This document shows positions 12,751 to 24,678 of a stretch of DNA of 64,000 bases, one piece after another. The DNA comes from Callorhinchus milii. Its lineage: Eukaryota. The translations under genes and the position numbers were made by a program. Below the pieces are notes generated by a model that saw nothing but the letters and a program-made list of their open reading frames with translations, was not told where the DNA came from and made no database searches. The stretch is from the NCBI RefSeq assembly GCF_018977255.1, contig NW_024704743.1, positions 16,184,001 to 16,248,000 of the forward strand, read 5' to 3'. Every line of letters starts with the position of its first letter. Within the stretch, counting starts at the first letter, position 1.

Positions 12751-14280
12751 GAGATAAAACCAATATACTCCACAATTGTTCCGGGTTTACCTTTTCAATC
12801 CCATTTAAAATTTCATATATCTCTACGAGGTCCCCTCTGAGATGTCTTCTTTAACCAATCATCTTAAACCTAAAAATGTGGAAAATGATGGGTAACAATA
12901 TTTGCAGCGACTAACATAAATTGCAGTAGAATTTTCCTAACAAACATCTCAAATGTTCTTGAGTCACAAAGCAACAATAAACAAAGCCTAACAAAGTTAG
13001 TCTTTAAAATCAATGGGTGCATGATGTGCCCCAGGACACAAAGCTGGGGGAACAAAAGGTGTTAGGGAGAGAATGACCAGAGATTACAAGAAGGGAAGAA
13101 AGAACAAATGATTGGGCAAGAAAATCTAGTGTAGAAGACGAATATGAGGGGAGTTTCAGTGGAAGAGGTCTTCTAAAAACAGGGTGAGAGCAAAGAACTG
13201 AATAAATAACTACAGTATTGCATGTAAACCACATGACATATAGTCCAGTTGCAACACTGCCATTGGGATGGCATTTAATGGTGTGACTGGCCTGCTCTCC
13301 CTGTTTGGCTCATTATTGGATTTTGTGAACTGACTGAATTCTCCCTTCAGAACTTGATTTAATAGACGACTGTTTTAGTTGGACCAGGACTGTGTCTCAA
13401 GACTACTCCACTGGATTCGTGCCTTATTACTCGTTTGGAAGGTTATCTATAGACTGCAAGTTGCCCTCTGTCATCAACCTTAATTATATGGACTTGAATA
13501 CTTTACCAGTAAAGACTAGCAGTCATTAAGATCTGAACACCCATCTGAATAATAACATTAGGATTGAAGTGGCAGATTAAAAAACTCCGGTAACAATAAA
13601 GCAATGGATTGGCCCTCAGGATGACTATTCACATTGCTCCTCTGGGCACCACTTCAGCATTGTGGTCATTGTTGAGAAACATAAAATATGCTGCTTTATA
13701 TGATCAGTGTCAAGATTGTGGTTGAAATGTACTATTTGCACGTGATCTGTAATTATTAGATCTGTTCTGGTAACTGGACTTGTGTGTCGTGCTGACCTGC
13801 TCCGTTGGGGTCTCCTTCCATTGTGTGGGAGTGGACTTGGTATAACCCACGTGCTGTTACTGACAGGACTTAATATTTATAAATCCTTTGTGAATATTGT
13901 TGCAATGTCTGATGTTTCTGACCCCATTATCTGGGTAGGAAAGTCCAAAAAGGCATGGATTTGCGGCCGCTTTGACCTTCATAATGAGGTTAACTGAGAC
14001 TCTGTGTATAGTACAGTAGAGCCACAGAAGAAGGTCATTGTGTCTATTAAAGAAAAATCCCTTCAATCCATTAACCTGCCCTTTCCCCATATGAAGTGAC
14101 ACTGTGTTTGCATAGTTCACAGATGGAACCGAGCTGACATGGACAGACTCTGGTGTCCGACGAGCAAAAATAATATGAACAAATCGATTGATTGGATGGA
14201 CTTAATAGGCTTACTCCAGTGCTGAATTGAAGAGTGAATTGCTGAGGAACAAACAATTGCAGCGAGTAGCCCCTACTTAC

Positions 14281-14461
14281 TGCTGACTAACTGTCCAACG
14301 CTCAGAGCTGAAGAAGAACAGGATGAAGAGGAAGAGGAAGAAGCTTGACGCACTGGGCTTTGTGCGAGAGAGGCCTGAGCGTGTGCCATGTGCAGTAGGT
14401 TAGCCTGGGACACTGCCTGGCCTACCTGCGGATGCTGCTGCTGGTGCTGATGCTGTGGAAG
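14281..14461 (-). CDS. POU6F2: POU6F2 internal coding exon (181 bp, phase 0/1): LPQHQHQQQHPQVGQAVSQANLLHMAHAQASLAQSPVRQA-polySer-ALSVGQLVS
   Basis: Acceptor TGTGTTCAG|CTT and donor A|GTAAGT; the last base A joins AT of the next exon to give Asn (VSN-PQT). Confidence 0.94.
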
Positions 14462-15250
14462 CTGAACACACAAACACACAAACCGAGTGTTAGATTACAC
14501 CGAGAGATACTTGAGTTCCACTAACACTCCTCACAGGAAACTTCTGGAATACCAAACCCACCCGCAAGGTCTTAACATTCTCGGACCTTTACTTTTTGAA
14601 CTAAATCCATGGTGACGAGAAACAGGAATGAACCAGAGCAAGCATTGACCGCACTATCGATTCATGCCTGTACATTTGAAGAACAACCCCCCGAATAAAG
14701 TTCTCTTCTGATCAGGTTTCTCTGAGATACATTGCAGTAACTTTGCCACTGAGCCTGATACTTTGGAAAAAGATGACATGTATAAATCATAAAATATATG
14801 CCCCTTCATTCACCACATTGAGGCTGAAGTTCCAACTAGTTCACCCTATAAATTCTAACTACAGTAGTTTAATCTCTAAATTATAATTAATGACTTTTAT
14901 ACTGATGGGAATCCAACACTGAGGCAAGAAAAGCAATGGTGAAACTGCAGTATTAGAAAATGAATAACTTTATATGGACTGAGATAAAAGCATAAATAGG
15001 AAGATGTATAGGCAACCTCCTATCAGCACAGAACATAATCACTGGATGTATGACAGCATGTTACAGATATAGAAATAGAAAGCGCTAAATGAAGACACTG
15101 GAGGTAGGTACGGAGTAAAGTTTGGATTTTTATAAATGAAATCTCACAACATGTTTAAGTCCCCATTGTCCAAACGGACTTTCTTCTCAAATTAAAGAGG
15201 TTTTGTGCTGAGCTTTCCCGAAACAGAGCCATACTTGACCATTGCCTTAT

Positions 15251-15381
15251 TTGTGTGTGTGTGTTTCTGTGTGTGTATCCGTGTGTGTGTGTATGTTTCT
15301 TGTGTGTCTGTGTGTATGTCTGTGTGTGTATGTGTGTGTGTTTCTTGTGTGTGTGTATGTCTGTGTATGTGTATGTCTGTG
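15251..15381. repeat. Imperfect (TG)n microsatellite
   Basis: Seen directly. Confidence 0.95.
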
Positions 15382-16532
15382 TTGGGGGAAAGCGCACAGA
15401 CCTGCTATGACAAACATATTTTTTCCTATTCAATACTGTATATTTCTTTCATAACTTGCCTTGGAAGCTGGGGTTATATTCCATAATGTACTCAGTCCTA
15501 GATATACCTCAGTCAATGTTCGAAAAACAAACAAAAATAATTTAAGAATTTGTTATTGCTTCAGTCTAAATTTTTAATTCTACCATTCCCAGCTACAGTA
15601 CTCCTGAGTTACTCAGTGTCCTCACTCATGGTATCAATACATGTACATATTGATCTCTCACTAGGATTTCCCTTCACCGTTATTCCTTTTGCCTTTATTT
15701 TCCGATTGGGTTTTATGTTTCTGCTCTGTCATCCGACAACAGGGACCATGAGGAATTTGAAAGTGGAACATAGATGACAAGATCAGAAGAGAGATTTGGT
15801 TGAAATAGGATCTCATTGTTTCAGAACACCCACTCTGCTATCCTATTATATAAGATTATGATTATGTATTATATAGGATTAAATAGCATTCGTCTGTTTC
15901 CTAAGTAAATCCAGTGTCCTGGTCTCTACCATCCTAAAATTGCCCTGCACAAGCCTGAACCCATGTCATCTTGTTCTACTGACTTAGTGTATCTGGAAAA
16001 CAAATGTAAATTGTTCTTATTTTTGGTAAATTATATTATTTTCGTTTTCAACGCAATCCTTTTGCATTGGAAAGGGCTGACTCCAATTTGGCCGATCGAA
16101 TATATCTGCTGTAATTATAAAGTACTGAAGCAACAGGGTCAAATTTGGTCCATGTGATATTTATTTTATTGAATGGGTTGAAATCAAAACCTTCCTCTTC
16201 CCCCAAGCAGTTCTCAATAGTGAAGCTGGAGAAGCAGGGACTGTAGCTGTGGCACACTATTCTCCAGTTAGCCGGACTGTAAGCTTTAAAGTTCAAAAAG
16301 TTACTAGCAACTACTGGGCAAAAGGCCATTCATGATCTGCAGCCCAGAAGTCCAATACATTGCTTCTCTGAATTCATCACTGAGAACCGGATATGGGGGG
16401 AGTCCATTCACTGTGATAAATATCACACGGACCATAAATTTGACCCCAATATTTCACCTATTGAATATTTGCTTAGATTTGAGAATGTCCTAAGATTCTG
16501 TTGTCACATTGAACCATCTCACCCATTATTGA

Positions 16533-16760
16533 ATCTTAGAATCATAGAATATTACAGCACAGAAGGAGGCCATTCGGCCCATCGTGCCTGTGCTGGCTCT
16601 TTGGAAGAGCTACCAATCAGTCCCATTACCTCGCTCTTTCCCCAGGTACTTGGAATTTTTTCCCTTTCATGTACCTATCCAATTTCCTTTTGAAAGTTCT
16701 TATTGAATCTGTTTCCACCACCCTGTCAGGCAGTGCATTCCAGACCGTAACAACTCTATT
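16533..16760 (-). mobile_element. CR1 3' end fragment; a related copy is at about 1960-2076 (+)
   Basis: gatgggccgaatggcctccttctgtgctgtaa..ttctatgattcta tail typical of chondrichthyan CR1. Confidence 0.75.
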
Positions 16761-16903
16761 ACTTCAATAGTAAACAATACATGAAACAGGACTATTTTAC
16801 AGAACCACAGAGAAATTTAACATTAACCCCAGTCAGATCCTGTATCCTTTTGCAATGCATCCCATAGCATGCAAATATGCTGTAAGGATAGTATCTCAAT
16901 TAC

Positions 16904-17113
16904 CTGTTGGCCTGGCTTTATGGGAGACAGCGTTATTCCCTGTGTGTTGATAACGGGTAAGATCTGATTTCCAATAACTGTGGCAATGATCTGACCTTGG
17001 GCGTTGGTCAGTAACTGAGGGGTGATGGGCTGCACTTGAATGCCCTGAGCTCCACCTGCACTCTGACTAGATGATACTCCAGCGTTAGACATCAACGGGA
17101 TTGTGCCAATTAT
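16904..17113 (-). CDS. POU6F2: POU6F2 internal coding exon (210 bp, phase 0/0): IIGTIPLMSNAG...QPITPQLLTNAQGQIIATVIGNQILPVINTQGITLSPIKPGQQ
   Basis: Acceptor TTTATTATAG|ATA and donor CAG|GTAATT; 70 codons; in frame with both neighbouring exons; recognisable POU6 N-terminal motif. Confidence 0.95.
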
Positions 17114-17249
17114 CTATAATAAAGCAACACACAGAATTAAACAGCAAGAAACCAGAAACACTCTCCCACAATTCAATGGTATTTTCTCTAGTTATTATTT
17201 TGCCAAAGTAACCAACTGGATTAATAGACCGGGACATACAATTATCTTG

Positions 17250-17452
17250 GAATCCTGTAGCATATTGATTCATCTTGCAAGCGAGAAGACCTGAGAGCAT
17301 TCGCCTCGCAAGCGAGGACCTGGGTTTGATTCCCGGGCAGGGCGAAACGTTAGGCAAGTTTCCTTGCTCCACACACCTCTGTTTACTTAGCAGTAAGTAG
17401 GAACCCAGTTGTTTGGCGAATCACTTTTCCAGGTATAATAATCCCTTCAAAA
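17250..17452 (+). mobile_element. SINE 5' half with a partially duplicated tRNA head
   Basis: gcaagcgag..gacctg occurs twice (about 17277 and 17308) before the B-box; the 3' half is absent. Confidence 0.75.
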
Positions 17453-18578
17453 ATACATTTTTAAATTTCGATAGCTAATGTTTGGTGTAAGGGAAGAAGA
17501 CACGTTTGTCACAGAAAGACTGGCACGAGCTGCTAAATTAATTTACTCTTTCAGGATCCATCTCACAGGAGACTAGAAACTTCAGAGTTTTTAGTTATTT
17601 GATGACCACGTGATGGAATACAAGGCCAATTAAAAAAAATTCCAATACAACCCTGCCCCCCACTCCCAATACCAAGTCAAAAGAGGCTTACTCCCAGATG
17701 TCATGAGCTCTGCCAATTGATTTGAATTTATGAAGTGCTTGGTTTGGTTCTGACAGGCTGCCGTGTGATTAAACTGCAATAATACTATTGATCCACTGCT
17801 GAAATTTCAGTCCTTGCAACATCTTCCTTGTCATGAAACAGGCGTCCGGCACTTGCCCTGGAGAGTGCGGTAATCACGTGTGATATGCCTTCAGACTACT
17901 TCAAAAGCATTATTAATGCACTCCACTGCACTTACTATTCTGAGCCCAGAGTGAGGAAGATCAAAGCACATTCACCACTGACAAGCCGACTGGCTAATTT
18001 GCCAGTATAGCAACTAGTGACATCCTGTGGCAGCAACAGCAGTATTACATGTAACATCATCAAATTAACAGCAGCAACAACAACTTAATAATAATAATTC
18101 TTCCATTTGATGTAGCGTCTTAGCACGTCATTGCGACGTCTCAAAGTGCTTCACAGAATATACTGTAAAGTTCATTTACTATATTTTGTGGGTGAAACAC
18201 GGCAGCCAATTGCGCACAGCAGTGTTCTACAACAGTTGTGGATTGAGTGATCAAATGTTTTTTTTACACTTATAAAGCACCTTTCACAGAGGGGAGCATC
18301 TTAAAGTGCTTTACAGAAATGAATGGATGAGTGGAAAATGGGGAAAGGAAGGTGGGGTGCAGTTGAAAGGTGGCTGAAGGCGCAGTCCAAAAAATACGTT
18401 TTTAGTCAGATTTTCAAAGCAGAGTGGGAGGGAGTGAGGCAGGTGATTTAGTGAGCGAATTGAAGAGGGCAGATAAAAGTGGCTGAAGGTCAGCGACTCA
18501 TGCTGGTGTCTATCACCTTATCCATTGACGGATGGAGAGAACCTGCATCACAACTGATCCCCATCACATTCACACAAG

Positions 18579-18778
18579 AGGGCTGAAATTTCTCCTGTTC
18601 TTAGGCATTAGAGCATTTTGGAAAATCCTTTGATCGAATCATAGATCGGAACCCTCACGTCTCAAAAAGAACCAGCCTCCAAATTGAGACCAAAAACATA
18701 AGAATTTTCCAAAATTCTGCACCTTCTTAAATTTTAAGATAATGGTCTTAATCCTAAATCGTGAGAAATTTTGGTCCT
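18579..18778. mobile_element. MITE-like element, 200 bp, imperfect terminal inverted repeats
   Basis: agggctgaaatttctc (18579-18594) versus the reverse complement of gagaaattttggtcct (18763-18778): 13/16 match, with similarity continuing inward. Confidence 0.5.
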
Positions 18779-19539
18779 CGGATGCCTTTACAAGCACTTT
18801 CCAGCAAGGATCACTGGACAGTAATAAAGAAAGGAAAGTCTGGATGATCCCCCACCTTAACCGGTAACACTAACTTAATTACAGTGTCCCACTAAGGCCT
18901 GGCTGAGTGGATTTTAAAAAAAATGTATCTAAATTGACCTGATAGAGATTCATTCAGAGGATGAAAATGTGTTTGAAGTTCATCCTTCAGCCTCGGGCTA
19001 TCAAAGCTGGAGGATCCCCTTTGGCTCGACTGTGGATAAATTAAGCTTTACAAGTATTCCCCAAACAAAGCAAGAACGAGTGCTTGCTTCCTTTCTCGCT
19101 CACATCCAATACATAATCAGAAGAAAAATATTAAAATCTATATCTTTATCTTGTGGCTTACAGATATTCTAAGAATGCAAATTTCTCTTTAGGGGACTGA
19201 GTTGAGTTAGTCGCTTAAGCACACACCTCGCACCTCGGGGACCTGGGTCTGAATACAGATCACGTTGATGTTTAGTGCATTGATCATCATTTGATAACTC
19301 GCAGTAAGGACATTCTCGTACATTAACTGGTCAGCACCATACATAATCCCAATGGAAAAACCTAGTAGTACAAATAAAACAAAACAAAACTCCCCCACTG
19401 ACTCCACAGTAAATATTTTAAAAGGTCGATACCCCAGGATCAGCCAAGGTTATTAATCACTTTGCCTGGCTCTTGTGGTTTTCAACATCAACTGAAGCCC
19501 AGAGGTTTGTTTTGCCCCCTTTTCTCCCCCCTTCTCATG

Positions 19540-19930
19540 AAGCTGCTTACTCTCGCTTTCAAAGCCCTCCAATGCCTTGCTTTTCCCTACCTTTGTGACC
19601 TGCTCCGCTCAGTGGGCTCAGGCCTGCTCCATGCCCCTTGCCCTTCCCGCCCCACCATCGGTGGTCGGGCCTTCAACCTTTCCTCCCCCACCCTTTGGAA
19701 CTCCATTCCACAGTCCCTTCACCTCACTCCCTCCCTTGCCTCCTTCGAGTCGTGTCTCAAGACCAACCTCTTCCGCCATGCCTTTGCTCATCCTCCTATC
19801 CCCAGCCTCCCTGCCCTCCACCTCTCCTGATGCCAACCCCCAGCTCAGGTGCAAATCCTTGACTGTCCAGTGTCTTGGGACATCATCCCAATGTGAGAGG
19901 CGCTATACAAATGTAATTTGTTGTTGTTAT
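19540..19930 (+). mobile_element. L2 3' fragment
   Basis: KLLTLAFKAL..LA..YL, PTIGGRAF, LWNSIP, FESCLKT; ttgttgtt tail. Confidence 0.85.
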
Positions 19931-20385
19931 TCTGACTGAGGTATGGGAAGCACAGGTGCTAGCCTTGCTGTGGTACCTCTCTGGCTGACAACTCACCCAA
20001 GTATTCATTCTTCATATTTGAGGCTAGTAAGTGGTGGGGAAGAAAATCCAGTGAGGATTGGGTGCAGCTCCTTTGACGATGTTGACCACTAGTTTCATTT
20101 TGTGATCACTGGGCTCGCTCGAGGTTTTACCCATCGCTATCTATAATGGTGGGGGGCATCAGAGTGAAGCTAGTTCCTGCCCTTACCCAATGTCATTGGA
20201 TAGTATTCAGGAACATCAGGAATAACTGCTATTCACCTCCCTAACCCAGGGTGCTGTTGCCAACTGTAGTCCCAACTGCTGCTTCAGAGAGGATCAACTA
20301 ACTCAGCAAAAAGAGTCATCAAACCTGAGACCTTCTTGCTCTGTTGGGCTCAGACCACTTAATGCATTCACCAAATGAGCCATCA
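19930..20385 (-). mobile_element. Ancient tRNA-headed SINE-like remnant; a related head is at about 23710-23830 (+)
   Basis: Both copies read ctgatggc.(c)a.t.ggg..aa...aggtt..a....gctgag.ta..tgatc; heavily decayed. Confidence 0.4.
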
Positions 20386-23211
20386 GTGCAAAGTATGACT
20401 TACTTTTGCTTCCTTAAGATTTTCTCCACCAACTCTCTCCCATGCACTCCTCAAAACATTTGATTCCTTTTTTGTTCTATGGGCGAACAGTTAAGGCAGC
20501 ACAGAATGCCAATCAGTACCTCATCCAAGGGTCCTTTCTGAACCTGAAACTCCTGAGTTACAAGGGGAATGGACTACTTTAAAGATATGTTAGACAGATT
20601 GGAAAACTATAGAAACAGATCAGTTCAGAAAGAATGCTGCTCATAACTGGCTTTTGGAACAATGCTCGCCGAAAGTATTTAATGAAAGAGTTTGGGATAC
20701 ATGACTTCTGTGGAGGTTCCTGTGGAGTATAGACACTGGCATGGAATAATTGGGTTGAATGACCAGTTTCTGTGCTGTAACAGTCTATGTCATTTGAAGT
20801 AATTCTTAGGATTGCTCATCAATCTATATCAGAGGCCAATTTACCCTTATGCTGTAACCATTAATACAGCTCTTAAATTCTAGCGCTTTAAAGACCCAGT
20901 CATTTTCTCAATAGGTATATAATTCAATACAATGCACTAGCTGCATCCCTCATTGTAATTGCTTTCACTTTACTCTGTAAAATCGCCAGTAATCTGTCCA
21001 GCATGCCTCAAGCTTTTAGGACTACAGGTGAATACACAGCTCAAGTGTTTTATTCAAACTGCATTATTAACATACTGCGTATTGAAGAACAGTGAGGTGT
21101 TTCCTCCTGTTGTGCTGGCAAAGATAAAGACTAGCTCTAGCTCAGATCCTGTTTGAAGGTTCAGTCTGAATAGCACACTCTAATGATAAGAGATGGAGTG
21201 TGCTTTTTTGCTGATGGCTGTGACCAGCTTGGTGACCTGATTATGTCGAAGAGTTTCACAGCTGAGACACTACAAAAGCAAAAGCGTCCCATCAAACCCC
21301 TTTCCAATGTAATCATGCTCAGTGCCGCAGGCTTGGTACAAGCAGGGAATCCATCAGGGCTCATTAGCACCATTTAGTATCAAGTACCTCAAAGAGCAAA
21401 CGTACACTGGTTGAATCAGAATAATAAGCAGCAGAGCACACACTCTATCACCTAATTGGATCAACATGTCTATTTGCCTGATTTTGTTTTGCTCGCTAAT
21501 TGTGGATCGAGGATTATCAGAAATCGCTTTGGAGATGTTAATGTTCAACTAATGATGGCAGCACTCAGCTCTGCTTACCTCTGCAGGCGCATTTATCTTT
21601 CAGTCGCAAGCCATGTGTTAAATATGGAATGATCGCCTTTAAAAGGTTTTGTTGCAGCATCCATACCCTAACGTTGCCCCCTAATCTATGGAAAACCTCT
21701 GATAAGATCTTACATTACTCTCCTGCACTGTGGCGATAATAGCAAGCATTTTATCTCAATGTACCTTCTGGCCTACAGTCTTTGCTTCTTATATTATTAG
21801 GCAATAAAACATTAAACAACCCATTCAACTACTGTCTCTTTTTCATAAGATCAGACAAAATGAGTTTAATAACACTAAAGAGTCGATTGCATTAAAGCTG
21901 CACATTAAGTGCTGGAAACACATTGGTCTGAACTTTAACCTTTGGTTGGTAAACTGCACAGTGCAGAGGAGTTTTGTTTTTTATTTATCAGTATTTACAA
22001 TAAATAATACTGGTAATAATCATCTCAGGACAAAGTAGGAAATCAATTTTTTAAACTAAGATATATTTGCAGAGAGCTACAAAACATCTTGTGTTGCCGT
22101 AGTTGTATAGTGCAGGAATGTATGGACTGGCTAAGAGTGATGGGCTGCAGAGTCCGCCTTCTCCTGGTAATCATTTCGATTGCAAGGATTGAAAACCACT
22201 GTCGTGATGACTCACACTCACCTCTTCCTGCCCATAAGTGACTGAATTTACAGCGGAAAAGAAAATCCACTCAATGCTCTTCTGAATACAAAGAAGATAG
22301 ACTCGAGAGACTATACACAGACATATAATATTCAAACATGGTGTTGAGCTCATATGTGTTCTGACATATGCATTAAGTAAATTAGCATGAATTTGGATCG
22401 ATACACACTGGAGACTAGTCTCAGATTTTACCACTAGGACCTTCTCCAATGACAAGCTGAAAGGCTCTGAGAGCTTTGCTGAGCCTTTCTAACACTGAAA
22501 AGCACAAGTTTGAAACAAGCAGAAACAGCTTTACAATAATAATAATCCTTGTATTTGATATAGCGCCTCATCACTTGATCTGTCCTTCTTGAGGATAATT
22601 AATTGCAACCACTTAATTTTTTATTGCACAATGTACAGAAACTAAATACTGTAATTATAATTATAATTCTGCTCACCATTTTAGAAACATAAGAAAACAA
22701 AATTAAGAGGCCATCGAGCTTGTTCCACCAGCTTATTAGATTTTTTAAAATCCCAATGTCTTGTACTGTCCTCATAAGCCCTTAATATCTCTACTAACCC
22801 AGTGTCTCTCTGTGTCTCTTTTAAACATCCTAATGATGGCACCTCTACAGTTTTCTGGAGTAGGGAGTTCTACATTTATATGCAGTATCACAAGATCACA
22901 AGATCACAAGATTGGTCTGGATGAAGAAGGGTTTTTGGTCCATCCGATCTCAACCCTCCAGAATACCTAAACTTCTATCCCTCCATCACTGCATCAAGCT
23001 GCTTTTTAAATATCCTCTTACCTAATGTCCTGGTCACTACCAAGCTGGATTAACCTTTTGTGGGCCGAGCGCCAAAAAGCTTTGTGGGCCCCATGAATCA
23101 TGTGTTCTTTTTAGAAGTAATGGGCAAAGTAACAGACTGGCTTTCTGAAAAGGCTTGGGATTGTGAAGTAAAGTAGAGGTGCTGATTCTTGGGAGGAGCT
23201 CGACAGCCAAT

Positions 23212-23420
23212 AATACAATACAAAATGACATTTGTATAGCTCCTTTCATGTTGGGAGGACGTCCCAAGGAACTGGACAGTCAGGGATTTGGACCCAAGTT
23301 GGGGCTCAGGATCGGAGAGGGTGGAGGGCAGGAAGTGTAGGGGTAGGAGGGTGGCCGAAGGCTCGGTCGAAGAGGAGGGTTTTGAGATGCGCCTTGAAGG
23401 AGGCAAGGAAGGGAGCAAGC
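23212..23420 (-). mobile_element. Short L2 3' fragment
   Basis: Matches the L2 3' UTR and stem-loop on the minus strand. Confidence 0.75.
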
Positions 23421-24272
23421 AGCCAATAAGTGGGTGCTCAGCAGCCAATCGCTTGGACCAGTGGCAGAGTAACAATGGCACCCATGAGGTGACTCTACCA
23501 CCTTTCCTCACAACCTGTTCAGTTGTTGCTGTTGATTACCCTCTGTGAAAAGAAATATTAATTCTCTGTGTGAAGAAAAGCTTCCTGACCTCAGTTCTAA
23601 TGATCATAATAATTATATTAATATTTAATTGAGTTTGTTGGAACAGAGTTTGTTGAATATTATGGCTCACATTTATAATCATGCTGATTCTTAAAAAAAT
23701 GTCAAGGATTCCTGATGGCCTAGTGGGCGAAAGCCATCCAGTGCAGTACTAGGTCATACAGACCAAAGGGTTATAGGATTGAAACCTGTTCAAGGCTGAG
23801 GTATCTGATCTCAGCTAGGTAGTAATTACAGGGGAATAAATTTGGTAATGTTAAAATGAATTGAGGAATAGCTGTCAAGGAATGTGGAATAACACCCAAT
23901 TTTAATATAAGTTTGATTTAGATAGAGTTAAATCTGTTCAGGGCTTTGGCTTGCAGGACAACTACTTTATTGACTATAACAAGCAGGATCAAGCATATTG
24001 ATCATTCTTATTATTTTTGCTCACTTTTCCAAAATTCTTTGCTGTCTCTTTCCACCCAATGTAACTTGGATGAACAACAATAATAATCCATGCATTTAAT
24101 TTGCCACCTTATCACATCATTAAGATGTCTCAAAGCGCTTCATAGAATATATTGTAAAGTAGACTGACTGTATTTTGTGGCAGAATTTTTTTTTCAAGAT
24201 GCGTTTTTTTTCATCTGAGAAGCACGAGTGCTGAAATTTCTAATATTCTTAGATTTATAATAATAATTCTTT

Positions 24273-24618
24273 GTGGAGTCCTGTAGTGTAGTGATTAGCA
24301 CACCTGCCTCACAAGCGGGAGGACCCAGATTTGCTACTGGGCAGGGAGAAGCCTTAGTTAAGTTTCCTTACTCTGAAGGCCTCTGTGTATCTAACAGTAA
24401 ATAGGAACCCAGTTGTTGGTTGATTGACGGCTCGCTTTCCAGGGGTAATAACCTCTCAAAAAAAAATTGGTTACTCAATCCGCGTCTGTTTGTGGGACAC
24501 TGCTGTGTGCAATTGACTGCTGCGTTTCGCCCACAAAATATAGACAGTTCACTTTACAGTATAGAAGTATCAAAGACGTGATAAGGCACTATATCAAATG
24601 CAAGGATTAATATTATTA
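24273..24618 (+). mobile_element. Same SINE family, long subfamily, full length
   Basis: gtggagtcctgtag head through tatatcaaatgcaaggatta tail. Confidence 0.88.
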
Positions 24619-24678
24619 TAAAGCACCATATCATGTCATCAAGACGTATCAAAGCGCTTCACAGGATATACTGTAAAG

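Noticed and set aside
15155..15486. Cys/Val-rich and His/Thr-rich ORFs
   Set aside because: Translations of the (TG)n repeat.
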